From a virus, in IMG/VR virus record IMGVR_UViG_3300029171_000004: a stretch of DNA of 64,000 nt; one strand, 5' to 3'. Shown here piece after piece: positions 18,863 to 28,268 of the stretch. A program made the translations under genes and the position numbers. Numbering within the stretch: the stretch's first letter is position 1; the number at the start of each line of letters is the position of its first letter. The notes below the pieces were generated by a model. The model had not been told where the DNA came from, ran no database searches, and worked only from the letters and a program-made list of their open reading frames with translations.

Positions 18863-19428
18863 TGCAATAAGTGTGATGCAATAATTGTTTTACCGTCCTT
18901 AATGATATTGTCATGAATCTTGCTCTTAAATTCAAGATGATCCATTTCGACAATATCAATATTTTCATGTTCACCTTCTACACCGCCACCTTTAGTAACC
19001 TTGTGTTCATTACGAACAAAAGCAACAAAGATATGTATTGTTTCACTTGAATATCCTGGGGATGGAAATGTTTCTATGTGTCGATACAACATTCTGTCTG
19101 TGATTTCATACCCCACCTCTTCTCTTACCTCTCTAATTGCTGCTTGTTGTGGGGTTTCGCCAGCATCAATTTTTCCAGCTACTGCTTCCAAAATGTAATC
19201 TTTTATTTTATCCGCAACTGGATATCTGTGTTGGCGTACAAGAATAATTTTTCTTGTTTCTTCGTTAAAAAGTAAAACGGCAACAGCGTCTGGGCGTGTT
19301 AGTTTTAACCTTGTATAGTGAGATATTTCACCTTTAGCATCAGTTTCTTGCATGAATGCTTTGTCGATTTTAAAGTGATCGTCAAAGATTCTCTGTTCTT
19401 TAAGTGTTTCAAGCTTTACTTGGTTCAT
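18856..19428 (-). CDS. Nudix hydrolase, ADP-ribose pyrophosphatase-like
   Basis: Nudix box GKIDAGETPQQAAIREVREEVG, SPGYSSE, EHENI. Confidence 0.85.
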   Translation of the reverse strand: MNQVKLETLKEQRIFDDHFKIDKAFMQETDAKGEISHYTRLKLTRPDAVAVLLFNEETRKIILVRQHRYPVADKIKDYILEAVAGKIDAGETPQQAAIREVREEVGYEITDRMLYRHIETFPSPGYSSETIHIFVAFVRNEHKVTKGGGVEGEHENIDIVEMDHLEFKSKIHDNIIKDGKTIIASHLLQC

Positions 19429-19828
19429 TTTTTTCTTTTTTTAAGTACTCGTATTTATTCCTTACCTCCAGGTCGATTGCTCTTGATTTACCCTCATCTG
19501 TAATTCTTACAAATGTGATTTTTACAGAACAAACCTCGGTTTCGTTGTCATTATAAATTTCATGTCTTTTAGCAACTAATCTAAGTCCAATAGAAGAAGT
19601 TCCGATAGATACCACCTCGCCATATATAGACACAGTGTGATTTTCTTTTACTGGGGCTTTAAACTCAACACATTCCATTTTAACAGTAACCATATCTTTG
19701 GTTCTACAAACCTGTGTTGCTTTTATGGCCGCAGCTTCATCAAGCCAGGACAACATTTTGCCTCCAAACAAATTTCCATGAACTCCAATATCGGAGGTTT
19801 TACAAATATGTTGTGTGATTAATTCCAT
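19409..19828 (-). CDS. hotdog-fold acyl-CoA thioesterase (YciA-like)
   Basis: DIGVHGNLFGGKMLSWLDEAA, FKAPV, VSIGTSSI. Confidence 0.85.
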   Translation of the reverse strand: MELITQHICKTSDIGVHGNLFGGKMLSWLDEAAAIKATQVCRTKDMVTVKMECVEFKAPVKENHTVSIYGEVVSIGTSSIGLRLVAKRHEIYNDNETEVCSVKITFVRITDEGKSRAIDLEVRNKYEYLKKEKNEPSKA

Positions 19829-19830
19829 AC

Positions 19831-20037
19831 TTATGATATCTGATATTGATTACCGAAGATTACCCCTTCTCTGAAAACTCCGTTTAGAATTTTGGTGGTC
19901 TTTTCTACTTCTTGCTCCGTGGTGTTCTCAATAGTTAAAAACATTTCTCCACGATTTTTAATTAAGAACGTCGTGTTTCCTATACGCTCGTAATTATACG
20001 GAGTTATTTCTGAAATATCTGTTATATTACCACTCAT
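19831..20037 (-). CDS. hypothetical protein
   Basis: 68 aa ORF coupled between pncB and thioesterase. Confidence 0.55.
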   Translation of the reverse strand: MSGNITDISEITPYNYERIGNTTFLIKNRGEMFLTIENTTEQEVEKTTKILNGVFREGVIFGNQYQIS

Positions 20038-21278
20038 GCGACAACTGTTTGATTGTTTTCAATTCCGAGTGTTTCTAGACACTTTCTTACCTCATCAGAC
20101 TCACCAGTGTGTTTGCCAATATCATCACTCAATTTAACTGCTGGGATCCATTCATCTGAATCAGGAATTGCTTGAGCTTCCGATAATTTAATGACGATGT
20201 TCAATGGTTTTACACCAACATCATTTGAACAGAATGTTCCGATTCCATAGGTTCTGCGAACACCTTCACCATATTTATCGCACAACTTATGGATTTCCAT
20301 GGCGGTATCAAGATTTAAAGCATTTGTGAATGCAAGAGTTTTTGTACTTGGGTCAATGTTAAACATTTTGTATTTAGCAATTGATTTCTTGATGAATTCT
20401 TCAGGGCTTCCAGAGTCATGACGTTGACCATCAAAAAGCTTAGCATACTTCACATCCAACACTTTGTAGAATTCTGAAGAGGTGTAGGTATCAGTAAGTG
20501 CTATACCGAGCTCGCCCTGGTATACATCCACCCAATGTTCAAGAGCTTTAATATTGGCCATTTTATACCCATAACGTGCAGCCATGAACATAAACCATTC
20601 ATGAGCGTGTGTGCCAAGTGGTTTTAAACCAAGAAGCATTGCTATGTAAACATTTGAAGTGCCTCTCAAAACACGTTTACTATCAAACACTTCGGTAAAA
20701 TCTTTGCAAACCTCAAGTTGATTTTCAAAACTGTAACGTCTTCTCGTGCCGAATTCCATGAGCATCATAGAATTCATAATAAAGAATTTCATCTTATCTT
20801 GATTTCTTTTTTGGCGCTCTTGTCTATCAAATGTTGGGAGGGATCCAGTTTCTTTATAATAAAGTTCACAAATCATTGCCATCAAAGGTACTTCCCAAAG
20901 AACAGTACGATACCAATAGCCCTCAATAGAGACTTCCAAAGTTCCGTCGTTGTGTAAGAACACGCCAACTTCAGATGGGTCAAATCGGTATCCAGATAAA
21001 AAATCGAGATAAACTGGTGTGAGATATCTTCCACACTCTTTTTGTAGAAATTCCTTTTCCCTTTTTTCAAGAGCCAGATTAGCCATTTTAGAAATTTCCT
21101 GGCGTAATTTTATATCAAAACCTCTGGGAAAAATTGTGGTTCCACGATTAATGAATTTATAGCGGACTTTTGCTCTTGGAAACAAGCGGCAAATTGCTTG
21201 TTGCATTGTGATTTTGTATAAATCTGTATCCAGTATGCTTTTGATAATTCCGACTTCTTGTTCCATGTTATTGTTCAT
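20034..21278 (-). CDS. pncB: nicotinate phosphoribosyltransferase
   Basis: SILDTDLYKITMQQA, EFGTRRR, GTSNV, GTHAHEW, LTDT, RHDSG, KLSDDIGK. Confidence 0.93.
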   Translation of the reverse strand: MNNNMEQEVGIIKSILDTDLYKITMQQAICRLFPRAKVRYKFINRGTTIFPRGFDIKLRQEISKMANLALEKREKEFLQKECGRYLTPVYLDFLSGYRFDPSEVGVFLHNDGTLEVSIEGYWYRTVLWEVPLMAMICELYYKETGSLPTFDRQERQKRNQDKMKFFIMNSMMLMEFGTRRRYSFENQLEVCKDFTEVFDSKRVLRGTSNVYIAMLLGLKPLGTHAHEWFMFMAARYGYKMANIKALEHWVDVYQGELGIALTDTYTSSEFYKVLDVKYAKLFDGQRHDSGSPEEFIKKSIAKYKMFNIDPSTKTLAFTNALNLDTAMEIHKLCDKYGEGVRRTYGIGTFCSNDVGVKPLNIVIKLSEAQAIPDSDEWIPAVKLSDDIGKHTGESDEVRKCLETLGIENNQTVVA

Positions 21279-21313
21279 TTATTAACTTATACGCTAAAAT
21301 ACATTAAAAGGTT

Positions 21314-21514
21314 TCAAAAACTAAAATAAAAAACGCATCTCCAAATCCCTATACCTTTATGTTTCATTGTTCTTAATTGTCTCCACATAAGCCAGTGGTT
21401 GTCCATGTGAACATAAACCTTTTTTATTTTTACCCTATACCCAAGCACAAGAACCGCATAAAATGGTTTGTTGTGTGGGCAATCTTCTATTTTAGTCCAT
21501 TTTTTTACCCACAT
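21314..21514 (-). CDS. hypothetical protein
   Basis: 66 aa ORF between co-oriented genes. Confidence 0.4.
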   Translation of the reverse strand: MWVKKWTKIEDCPHNKPFYAVLVLGYRVKIKKVYVHMDNHWLMWRQLRTMKHKGIGIWRCVFYFSF

Positions 21515-21769
21515 TTAATTCCACTTAAACGGGTTTGTTAATTCTACTTCTTTCCAAAAACCCACAAAACCAAACATTAAAATCCCAACTACAAACATAA
21601 TCACCAAAGCTATATAACTCAATGGATTGTATGGGTTTAATCTATAGGCTTTTAAAAAGCCACGACCTAACTTTGGGCTCCTGTCTTTATTTGAAACTTC
21701 TTGTAAGACAAGAAGGAATTTTAGTACTTTTTTAAGCATAAGCAAATATACAAAAAAGAATGAAACCAA
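21515..21769 (-). CDS. small membrane protein
   Basis: RLNPYNPLSY followed by TM segment; likely start MLKKV after TATATTTG at 21743-21750. Confidence 0.55.
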   Translation of the reverse strand: MVSFFFVYLLMLKKVLKFLLVLQEVSNKDRSPKLGRGFLKAYRLNPYNPLSYIALVIMFVVGILMFGFVGFWKEVELTNPFKWN

Positions 21770-21816
21770 ACAGCGTTTTTTGCGTATAACATTAAAATAA
21801 GCTATATTTATTCAAT

Positions 21817-23541
21817 ATGACAAAAGTTTATAAAATATTTCTGGATGATATCAGAGTTCCAACCGATATTTACCCTAAAGACAGCAACGAAGATTGGCTT
21901 ATAGTTAGGAATTTAACTGACTTTAAAAATGCAATTAACAAACTTGGAGCTCCAAGTTTCATTTCATTTGACAACGATTTAGGCGAAAGTAAGGAAGAGG
22001 GGAAAGATGCTGCAAAATGGATTGTCTTTGAAAAGGAGTTGGATATTACAAATACTAACTATATTGTTCATTCTGCAAATTCAAGTGGGGTGAGAGAATA
22101 TGTTTTGGGTACTTTAAACAATTGGAAAAAAGAGCTAAAAAAAAGAAGCACAGAAACAATGAATGAGCAAAATTTAAGACTTAAGGTAAGACAAATTCTT
22201 AGCGAAGCAAATGATGCGCAAAAAAATAAACTTGTTAAGATATTAAATTTTCTAGAATTTAAAAAGGATGTTATTGCTGCGGGTGGAGAAATATACGCTG
22301 TTGGTGGAATTGTTAGAGATGCTGTAATGGGTAAACCAAGCGATGATTTAGATATTGTTGTGCGTGGTGTACCATATGATGCCCTTTTTAAGATTCTTTC
22401 AAAATATGGTAAAGCCACAGATACATCTGTTGTTGATGAAAACGGAAAGAAAGATTTTGGTGCAACAAAGTTTGTGTCACACAATAAAATATTTAACAAG
22501 ATACTAAGTGATGCTGGTTTAAAAAGGGATATTGATGTGATGCTTCCAAGAAAAGACAGTAAGGATCAAAACGCAAAAGGTCACCGTGCCATAAAAAGTG
22601 ATGTGAACCCAATGTACACAATCCATGATGATTTAGATAGAAGGGATATTACAATTAACGCAATTGCCCTAGATTTAAGAGGTAATTTTATTGACAACGG
22701 TTACGCATTGCAAGATATTAAAAATGGTATAATACGTGCCGTTAGCGAGGATGCCTTTATTGAAGATCCACTGAGAATTGTTCGAGCTATAAGGTTTGCG
22801 GCCAGGTTTAATTATAACTGGGATGAAGGTACTTTGAATTTAATCAGAGATAATGTACAAATGCTTGCTGATAAAAACGAACTTCCAAGAGAAAGATTCT
22901 TGATGGAGTTTGAAAAAATGATTGGTAAAAGTGATTTGGGCCGTGCTGTTAAGCTTTTAGTTGACCTTGGGGCATACCGTGCCATATTTGGGATTGACTC
23001 TAAGATTAAAGATTTTAATCATTTTGAGAAGGCTAAAAACATTCCAGAGTTTTGTTATATGCTTTTTGAGTCTGAACCAGCTGATAGAATCATTCAACTT
23101 TCTACTCAAAATATCACTACAAAAACAGAAGATATTAAATACTTGCAAGCTTTGTGTAAATACATTGCTGAAGTAAAAGGTAGAAGTATGGATCATATTT
23201 CACACGTAAACGCTATTGCTACAATTTTCAACATATCATCAGTTATGCTTTTGGAATCATCTTACGTGGATGATAAAGATAGAATTTTAGCCAGGAAGTT
23301 TGCAAACGAGGAATTGCCAAAAACTGTTAATGATATTGGTTTAAGAAAGCAAGAATTTATTGACTTTGTGGTAAATGCAGTTGAAGGTACTGGTGCCAAC
23401 TTTGACGAGAAAAGAGATTTTCCAAAAATGGGCAAAGCTAAAAAGGTTGCTTTGCAAGCTATTTACAAGGGCGAAATAAAAAACAACCCAGAAGAAATTA
23501 AAAATTTCTTGTCAAGACACACCGAAATGTGGATGCAGTAA
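21817..23541 (+). CDS. cyclic-phosphate-processing receiver (cREC)-like domain fused to CCA-adding/poly(A) polymerase-family nucleotidyltransferase
   Basis: N-term IFLDDIR..ISFDNDLG..VHSAN; then VGGIVRD, DDLDI, DLDRRDITINAIA, EDPLRIVRAIRFAARF, ERFLMEFEK. Confidence 0.85.
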   Translation: MTKVYKIFLDDIRVPTDIYPKDSNEDWLIVRNLTDFKNAINKLGAPSFISFDNDLGESKEEGKDAAKWIVFEKELDITNTNYIVHSANSSGVREYVLGTLNNWKKELKKRSTETMNEQNLRLKVRQILSEANDAQKNKLVKILNFLEFKKDVIAAGGEIYAVGGIVRDAVMGKPSDDLDIVVRGVPYDALFKILSKYGKATDTSVVDENGKKDFGATKFVSHNKIFNKILSDAGLKRDIDVMLPRKDSKDQNAKGHRAIKSDVNPMYTIHDDLDRRDITINAIALDLRGNFIDNGYALQDIKNGIIRAVSEDAFIEDPLRIVRAIRFAARFNYNWDEGTLNLIRDNVQMLADKNELPRERFLMEFEKMIGKSDLGRAVKLLVDLGAYRAIFGIDSKIKDFNHFEKAKNIPEFCYMLFESEPADRIIQLSTQNITTKTEDIKYLQALCKYIAEVKGRSMDHISHVNAIATIFNISSVMLLESSYVDDKDRILARKFANEELPKTVNDIGLRKQEFIDFVVNAVEGTGANFDEKRDFPKMGKAKKVALQAIYKGEIKNNPEEIKNFLSRHTEMWMQ

Positions 23542-23562
23542 AAAAACTAGATATTTATTTAT

Positions 23563-23958
23563 ATGAGCGATAAGATCAGAAACATAATTAAAGAAGCACT
23601 CGAAGAGAGTGCTTTACTTTGTGAAGTAAAGATCGCTATCGACGATGAAAAGAAGCGTGGTTTTGCGCAAGCCATTGGTCAGCAATATAAAGAATCGCTA
23701 AAAGATTTAAAACCTGTTAAAATAGAAGGAAGGCTTAAGTTAGATAATGATAGTTTGTTTATAATCACTTTGTCTAATGGAGATATAATCCAGGCTTCAA
23801 AAAGTGCTAACCCAGCATATGCAAACATCATTATAAACAAAGGCGAAAAAGAGTATTTTATTAATTCACAAGAGTTGTTTACCAATAAATTTCCAGAACT
23901 AGTTAAAAAGTATTATTTGGAGTATAAAATGGCAAAGGCTGGTATTCCGTCCATGTAG
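23563..23958 (+). CDS. hypothetical late-type protein
   Basis: N-terminal IIKEALEE motif; TATTTAT upstream. Confidence 0.65.
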   Translation: MSDKIRNIIKEALEESALLCEVKIAIDDEKKRGFAQAIGQQYKESLKDLKPVKIEGRLKLDNDSLFIITLSNGDIIQASKSANPAYANIIINKGEKEYFINSQELFTNKFPELVKKYYLEYKMAKAGIPSM

Positions 23959-24374
23959 CCACCAATGGTGTTGTAATGGTACCATTCTAAGGCCATACCG
24001 TCATAACTTTCATCTTCAGATAATTCTTCTCCACTATCTTCATAACTCTTAGAAAGCTTTTGTAAATATAGTTCCTTATCTTGTAGGTAGATTGTAGATC
24101 CGTTATTAAGTATCAAGTGCCCAATTATGGTGTCTTCGTCACCAGTGGTAAACATGGCTTTACGATTCTTTTTCTTTATCGCACTCATGGCTTTTTTAGG
24201 TGAATCAAATGGAATATAATTTACACCCTTATACAGAGGTATAAAATCATTACCATACATCTCAGCATATCCCACTAATTTATCTAGGTTTTCCTTATCA
24301 AACTTGAATTCTTCGAGGTCTGGAACATCTTCCCTGATTTGTTTTTCGATTTTGTGCATATGTAAATTTACCAA
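23913..24374 (-). CDS. hypothetical protein
   Basis: 153 aa ORF; C-term DGMALEWYHYNTIG recalls a common phage family. Confidence 0.6.
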   Translation of the reverse strand: MVNLHMHKIEKQIREDVPDLEEFKFDKENLDKLVGYAEMYGNDFIPLYKGVNYIPFDSPKKAMSAIKKKNRKAMFTTGDEDTIIGHLILNNGSTIYLQDKELYLQKLSKSYEDSGEELSEDESYDGMALEWYHYNTIGGYMDGIPAFAILYSK

Positions 24375-24495
24375 AAAAGCTTAGTGTTTGCAAGTTTGTC
24401 TATAATTTTTCAATAAAAAGACAATAAATATTGGTTTTTGTTAAAAGTTCGCCTATAATTATAAAATTTTACAATATTTATTATCAAACAGTTAA

Positions 24496-24906
24496 GTGTT
24501 TATGAATCATAGAGAATTTAAATCTGCTGAAGAGTTCAAGCAATATGTCATTAGTGAAGCAACGAAATATTTGTTTTCATCTGAGACTAAAGCACCTAAG
24601 GCAACAATTAACGAGAACGTTTCCGAAGAAGCGCCATCAATTACTCCTGATGATATAAATAGACTAGCCGAAGAAATAAAGAAGATCAATAAGACCATAG
24701 ACCTTAGAAATCCACTCATTTCTGAAAGTGAAGAGAGTATTGTTGAAAGCATTATGAAAAAATCTATCAGAGAAAGAAGCGTAGATGTCGATGGTATAAA
24801 CAAGAAAAAACATCTAGACTTTCAAAACGAATCTGAAAAAAATAAATGGAATAGATTGCTCAACTACAACACTTTAAAAAGTGATGATGATGAGAGAAAA
24901 AAATAA
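24496..24906 (+). CDS. hypothetical late-type protein
   Basis: Multiple IxE motifs, TATTTATTA upstream, terminator downstream. Confidence 0.65.
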   Translation: MFMNHREFKSAEEFKQYVISEATKYLFSSETKAPKATINENVSEEAPSITPDDINRLAEEIKKINKTIDLRNPLISESEESIVESIMKKSIRERSVDVDGINKKKHLDFQNESEKNKWNRLLNYNTLKSDDDERKK

Positions 24907-24930
24907 AAACGTCAAATAAAAGCAAGTGAG

Positions 24931-24954
24931 GCCAGTTGAAAAACTGGCTTTTTT
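24931..24954 (+). terminator. intrinsic terminator
   Basis: GCCAGTT-GAAA-AACTGGC-TTTTTT. Confidence 0.8.
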
Positions 24955-24974
24955 GTTCTATTTATAAGTACATT

Positions 24975-26660
24975 ATGAACTGCATACCAAACAGAATAAA
25001 AAAGCGCCTTAAGGAAATTATTTCGCCAGACTCGGTGGATGTTTCTGATGTTTCCAAACTAAAAAATGGTCTAAACGGCAAAATTTGGGACCAAGGTGGA
25101 ATTTTAAAGCCAGAGGTTAGAGAAAAGATGATCCAAATCGGAAAAGAATTTTATAACCTTTTAAAACTTGAATATCCGATTAAGGATATATATTTCACTG
25201 GAAGCTTAGCAAACTACAATTGGACAAATCATAGCGATATAGATATTCATGTAATTTTTGACAAAACAGACGAGGATCCAAGTGAGTTGATTTCTGATTA
25301 TATTGATGCTAGGAAAGAAAATTGGTGGTATAGACACGACATTTCAATATATGGCTTTCCCACAGAATTATTTGCTAAAGAATTTGAAGACATTCATCAA
25401 TCAAAAGCTGTTTATAGCCTCCTACAAAACAGGTGGGTTAAAAAACCTTCTAAGAAAAATATAGTTATTGATTCTGAAGCTATACAGTATAAAGCTGCAG
25501 ATCTAATGAATAGAATTGACGATGTGGAAAAGATGTCAAATGATGAAAAAAGACTTTCTGCTGCAGACAATTTAAAGAAAAAAATTAAACAAATGAGAAA
25601 AGCTTCTTTAGAAGCTGGCGGTGAATATTCAACCGAAAACTTGGTATTTAAAACTCTAAGGAATAATAGGTATATCGAAAAACTAGACAATATTAAAACC
25701 GACTCTTTTGACAATACTATGAGTTTAAACGAATCAAAAACAAGAAACAAAGACGGAAGTCCAAAGTTTGGGTGTCTAATGGTATATTTTGATATTCCAA
25801 ATTGGGATAAAGTAACTGGTAAAATACTTCCAGAAGATGTATATGACGAACCAGGTTTTGGTATAGAAGATGAGCCTCACACAACAGTCTTGTATGGTTT
25901 TCATGATGAGGTACAGCTTGAGGATGTGCAAAAAATTACTAAAAAGATAGCAAAGGGGCCAATTAGCGTTGAAGTTACTGGTGTTGGAGTTTTTTCTGGA
26001 GATAAAATGCCATATGATGTTGTTAAATTTAACGTGGAATCCAAAGAGCTTGAAAGGATGAATGCTGCTGCGAAGAAATTGCCACACACTTCTTCGTTTC
26101 CTAAATATGAAGCACATATGACAATTGCATATGTAAAAAAAGGAGCTGGTGAAAAATATAAAAAAGAATTTGCCCAACCAATTAAGTGCACTGGGTATAA
26201 AATGGTTTTTTCTCTTGCGGATAAAACAAAGTACAATTGGAATTTAATTAAAAAGAATGTGTTAAAAGTTGAGAGAGATATTCCAGGAATTACTTCTGAA
26301 AAAATTGTGATTCTAAAAGACTTTATAAATTTCACATGTGCCAAGCTACAAATGAAAGAGCCAGTAACCGTAGTTATAAAAAGCGGAAGAGATGAATATA
26401 TTTCAACAACAGCAGCTTATTTACCAAATGAAAATGAAAACCATATAAGGTTTGGAGGGAGAGCTCTTGTGGATGTTTGTAGATCTATTGGCCATGAGTT
26501 AGTTCACAATAGACAACGTGAACTTGGTATGTTCAAAAAAGGGGAAGAGGTACAAAATATTGGTGGACCAATAGAAGACCAAGCAAACGCTATTGCTGGA
26601 GTATTAATAAAAGACTTTACTCACAATTATGGATATGACAAATTATATGAATTGGATTAA
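24975..26660 (+). CDS. Pol-beta nucleotidyltransferase + 2H phosphoesterase + HExxH metallopeptidase fusion
   Basis: TGSLANYNW..SDIDIH; PHTTVLYG and AHMTIAY; GHELVH; ATG 24975 after TATTTATA. Confidence 0.75.
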   Translation: MNCIPNRIKKRLKEIISPDSVDVSDVSKLKNGLNGKIWDQGGILKPEVREKMIQIGKEFYNLLKLEYPIKDIYFTGSLANYNWTNHSDIDIHVIFDKTDEDPSELISDYIDARKENWWYRHDISIYGFPTELFAKEFEDIHQSKAVYSLLQNRWVKKPSKKNIVIDSEAIQYKAADLMNRIDDVEKMSNDEKRLSAADNLKKKIKQMRKASLEAGGEYSTENLVFKTLRNNRYIEKLDNIKTDSFDNTMSLNESKTRNKDGSPKFGCLMVYFDIPNWDKVTGKILPEDVYDEPGFGIEDEPHTTVLYGFHDEVQLEDVQKITKKIAKGPISVEVTGVGVFSGDKMPYDVVKFNVESKELERMNAAAKKLPHTSSFPKYEAHMTIAYVKKGAGEKYKKEFAQPIKCTGYKMVFSLADKTKYNWNLIKKNVLKVERDIPGITSEKIVILKDFINFTCAKLQMKEPVTVVIKSGRDEYISTTAAYLPNENENHIRFGGRALVDVCRSIGHELVHNRQRELGMFKKGEEVQNIGGPIEDQANAIAGVLIKDFTHNYGYDKLYELD

Positions 26661-27084
26661 AAAAATAATTACATCAATTGCCCTTGTTTGTTCTTTGAAC
26701 ACATTTGCTCAAAACCAAATTACCATAGCACCATCCATGTATAACACCTGGGTTGAATCTAATTCAACTTGTGCGGGGTGTGGATCTTTTTATGCAATGG
26801 TTGTAAACGAGAAAGTGAGAGCTAAAGATGGGTATTATTATATGTATGTATATCTGTGGAGTAACAGCTATTATGCAAATGGGTACACTGCAAGTTCTTA
26901 TATAAAAAATATTAATTTGTTTTTTACAGATGGTGTAAAAGATTATTATGCGGTTGGTTTTCAATATGTTTTAGTACCACCAAAGTCTTTAGATTTTAAT
27001 GGGTGGTACCAGGTTGCATATTTATATCATGTATATCCAAACCAATCAATAAAAATAACTTGGTCTAACGTTAAAGCTTGGTAA
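26647..27084 (+). CDS. secreted protein
   Basis: MNWIKKIITSIALVCSLNTFAQ signal peptide; aromatic beta-rich body. Confidence 0.6.
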   Translation: MNWIKKIITSIALVCSLNTFAQNQITIAPSMYNTWVESNSTCAGCGSFYAMVVNEKVRAKDGYYYMYVYLWSNSYYANGYTASSYIKNINLFFTDGVKDYYAVGFQYVLVPPKSLDFNGWYQVAYLYHVYPNQSIKITWSNVKAW

Positions 27085-27085
27085 A

Positions 27086-27493
27086 ATGGGTGATGGTAAA
27101 GAATTAAATGTTGGAGACAAAGTTATTGGCGAAGGAACAAAAATAACACTTTCTGTTAAAACCGCCTTGTGGATAATTGGTGGCGCAATCACATTGTGTA
27201 CAACAATATTTTCAATGATGTATTTTGATGTAAAATCAGATGTTTCTGATTATAAAAAACAAATTGATAGAGATAAAGAAATGTTTGTAAAACAAGTTGA
27301 AGAAAACATTTCTAATAAACTTGAAAAACAAAGAGATAAAGATGAAGAGTTTATTAAATCCATAGAAGAAATTCGTGGAAACATAAGGCTTCTCCTGGAT
27401 AGAACTCAGGGTATAAGAACTTCTAACCCATCATCTGATGGTATTCCAACTATCGAATCTAACACTCCTGGTACCAGGCCCCCAAGTCATTAA
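27086..27493 (+). CDS. single-TM coiled-coil protein (holin-like possible)
   Basis: TM segment LWIIGGAITLCTTIFSMMY then charged coiled coil. Confidence 0.5.
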   Translation: MGDGKELNVGDKVIGEGTKITLSVKTALWIIGGAITLCTTIFSMMYFDVKSDVSDYKKQIDRDKEMFVKQVEENISNKLEKQRDKDEEFIKSIEEIRGNIRLLLDRTQGIRTSNPSSDGIPTIESNTPGTRPPSH

Positions 27494-27858
27494 TTTACGC
27501 AACTAAAACTTGCTTTTGAATCTGTGTTGGTTGTTGTTGTAGGTGATATGTATGTACTTGGTTGTATAAACACTGTTGTGTTTGGTTGCACATATGTAAT
27601 ATAAGGAGGATAAGTTAACGTGTCTGGTTGCATCCATATTTTACCACACTTTGTACATCTGGTTTGACATGCTGTTATAGAATAATCAGTATACCAAGCA
27701 TGATCACATTCTGGAATCACATATACTGGTGATGGATTTATAACTGGGGCCAACTTAAGCTCAAGTGCATTATTTGAGGAAATCAACAATTCAATTAATT
27801 CCTTCTTAGAAAGCTTTTTATACATTTTTACTTTCTCTTCGTGGGTTTGATTGCTCAT
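27490..27858 (-). CDS. hypothetical protein with Zn-ribbon
   Basis: CDHAW...CTKCG. Confidence 0.55.
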   Translation of the reverse strand: MSNQTHEEKVKMYKKLSKKELIELLISSNNALELKLAPVINPSPVYVIPECDHAWYTDYSITACQTRCTKCGKIWMQPDTLTYPPYITYVQPNTTVFIQPSTYISPTTTTNTDSKASFSCVN

Positions 27859-28268
27859 ATTTCTATGTTTAAAAGGTTGCTATGTTCATAAATATTGCCA
27901 ATTATTTTATCTGCTAAACAATAATCGTACAGATCAAAAACTTCTTCTGAACCTATTTCAGTAACGATCCATTTATCGTAAATTTCACTAAAAGAAACAA
28001 CTCCAAGTGTTTCAAAATGAATAGCTTCTGGGCCATAACCGCCGTCTGTATTTTTACCAGAAACAATATCTCCATCGTAAATTTTTTCGCCACTTTTTGT
28101 TCTTATCCCAGAAGATTCAAGCCACACTAAATCGTCATGTATTTTGTGTGTATAAAAATCAATAGAAAAGCGCTGACAAAGTGCTGATAAAACATCAACA
28201 CCTTTTAAAAATTCATTTTTTGTTTTGTTCCAAATTTTATAATCTGGAAAAATTTTACTTGGAACCAT
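27855..28268 (-). CDS. YopX-family protein
   Basis: SGIRTKSGEKIYDGDIV and C-terminal IIGNIYEHSNLL. Confidence 0.8.
   Translation of the reverse strand: MVPSKIFPDYKIWNKTKNEFLKGVDVLSALCQRFSIDFYTHKIHDDLVWLESSGIRTKSGEKIYDGDIVSGKNTDGGYGPEAIHFETLGVVSFSEIYDKWIVTEIGSEEVFDLYDYCLADKIIGNIYEHSNLLNIEI

Noticed and set aside
20034-21278. Nampt (NadV), which would make the cluster the known NARP2
   Set aside because: DTDLYKITMQQA and GTHAHEW fit PncB, and the presence of NadE implies a deamidated route; a phylogeny should confirm
23913-23958. Convergent 3-prime gene overlaps (also 56164-56234) as antisense regulation
   Set aside because: Short tail-to-tail overlaps are common in compact phage genomes; no further support
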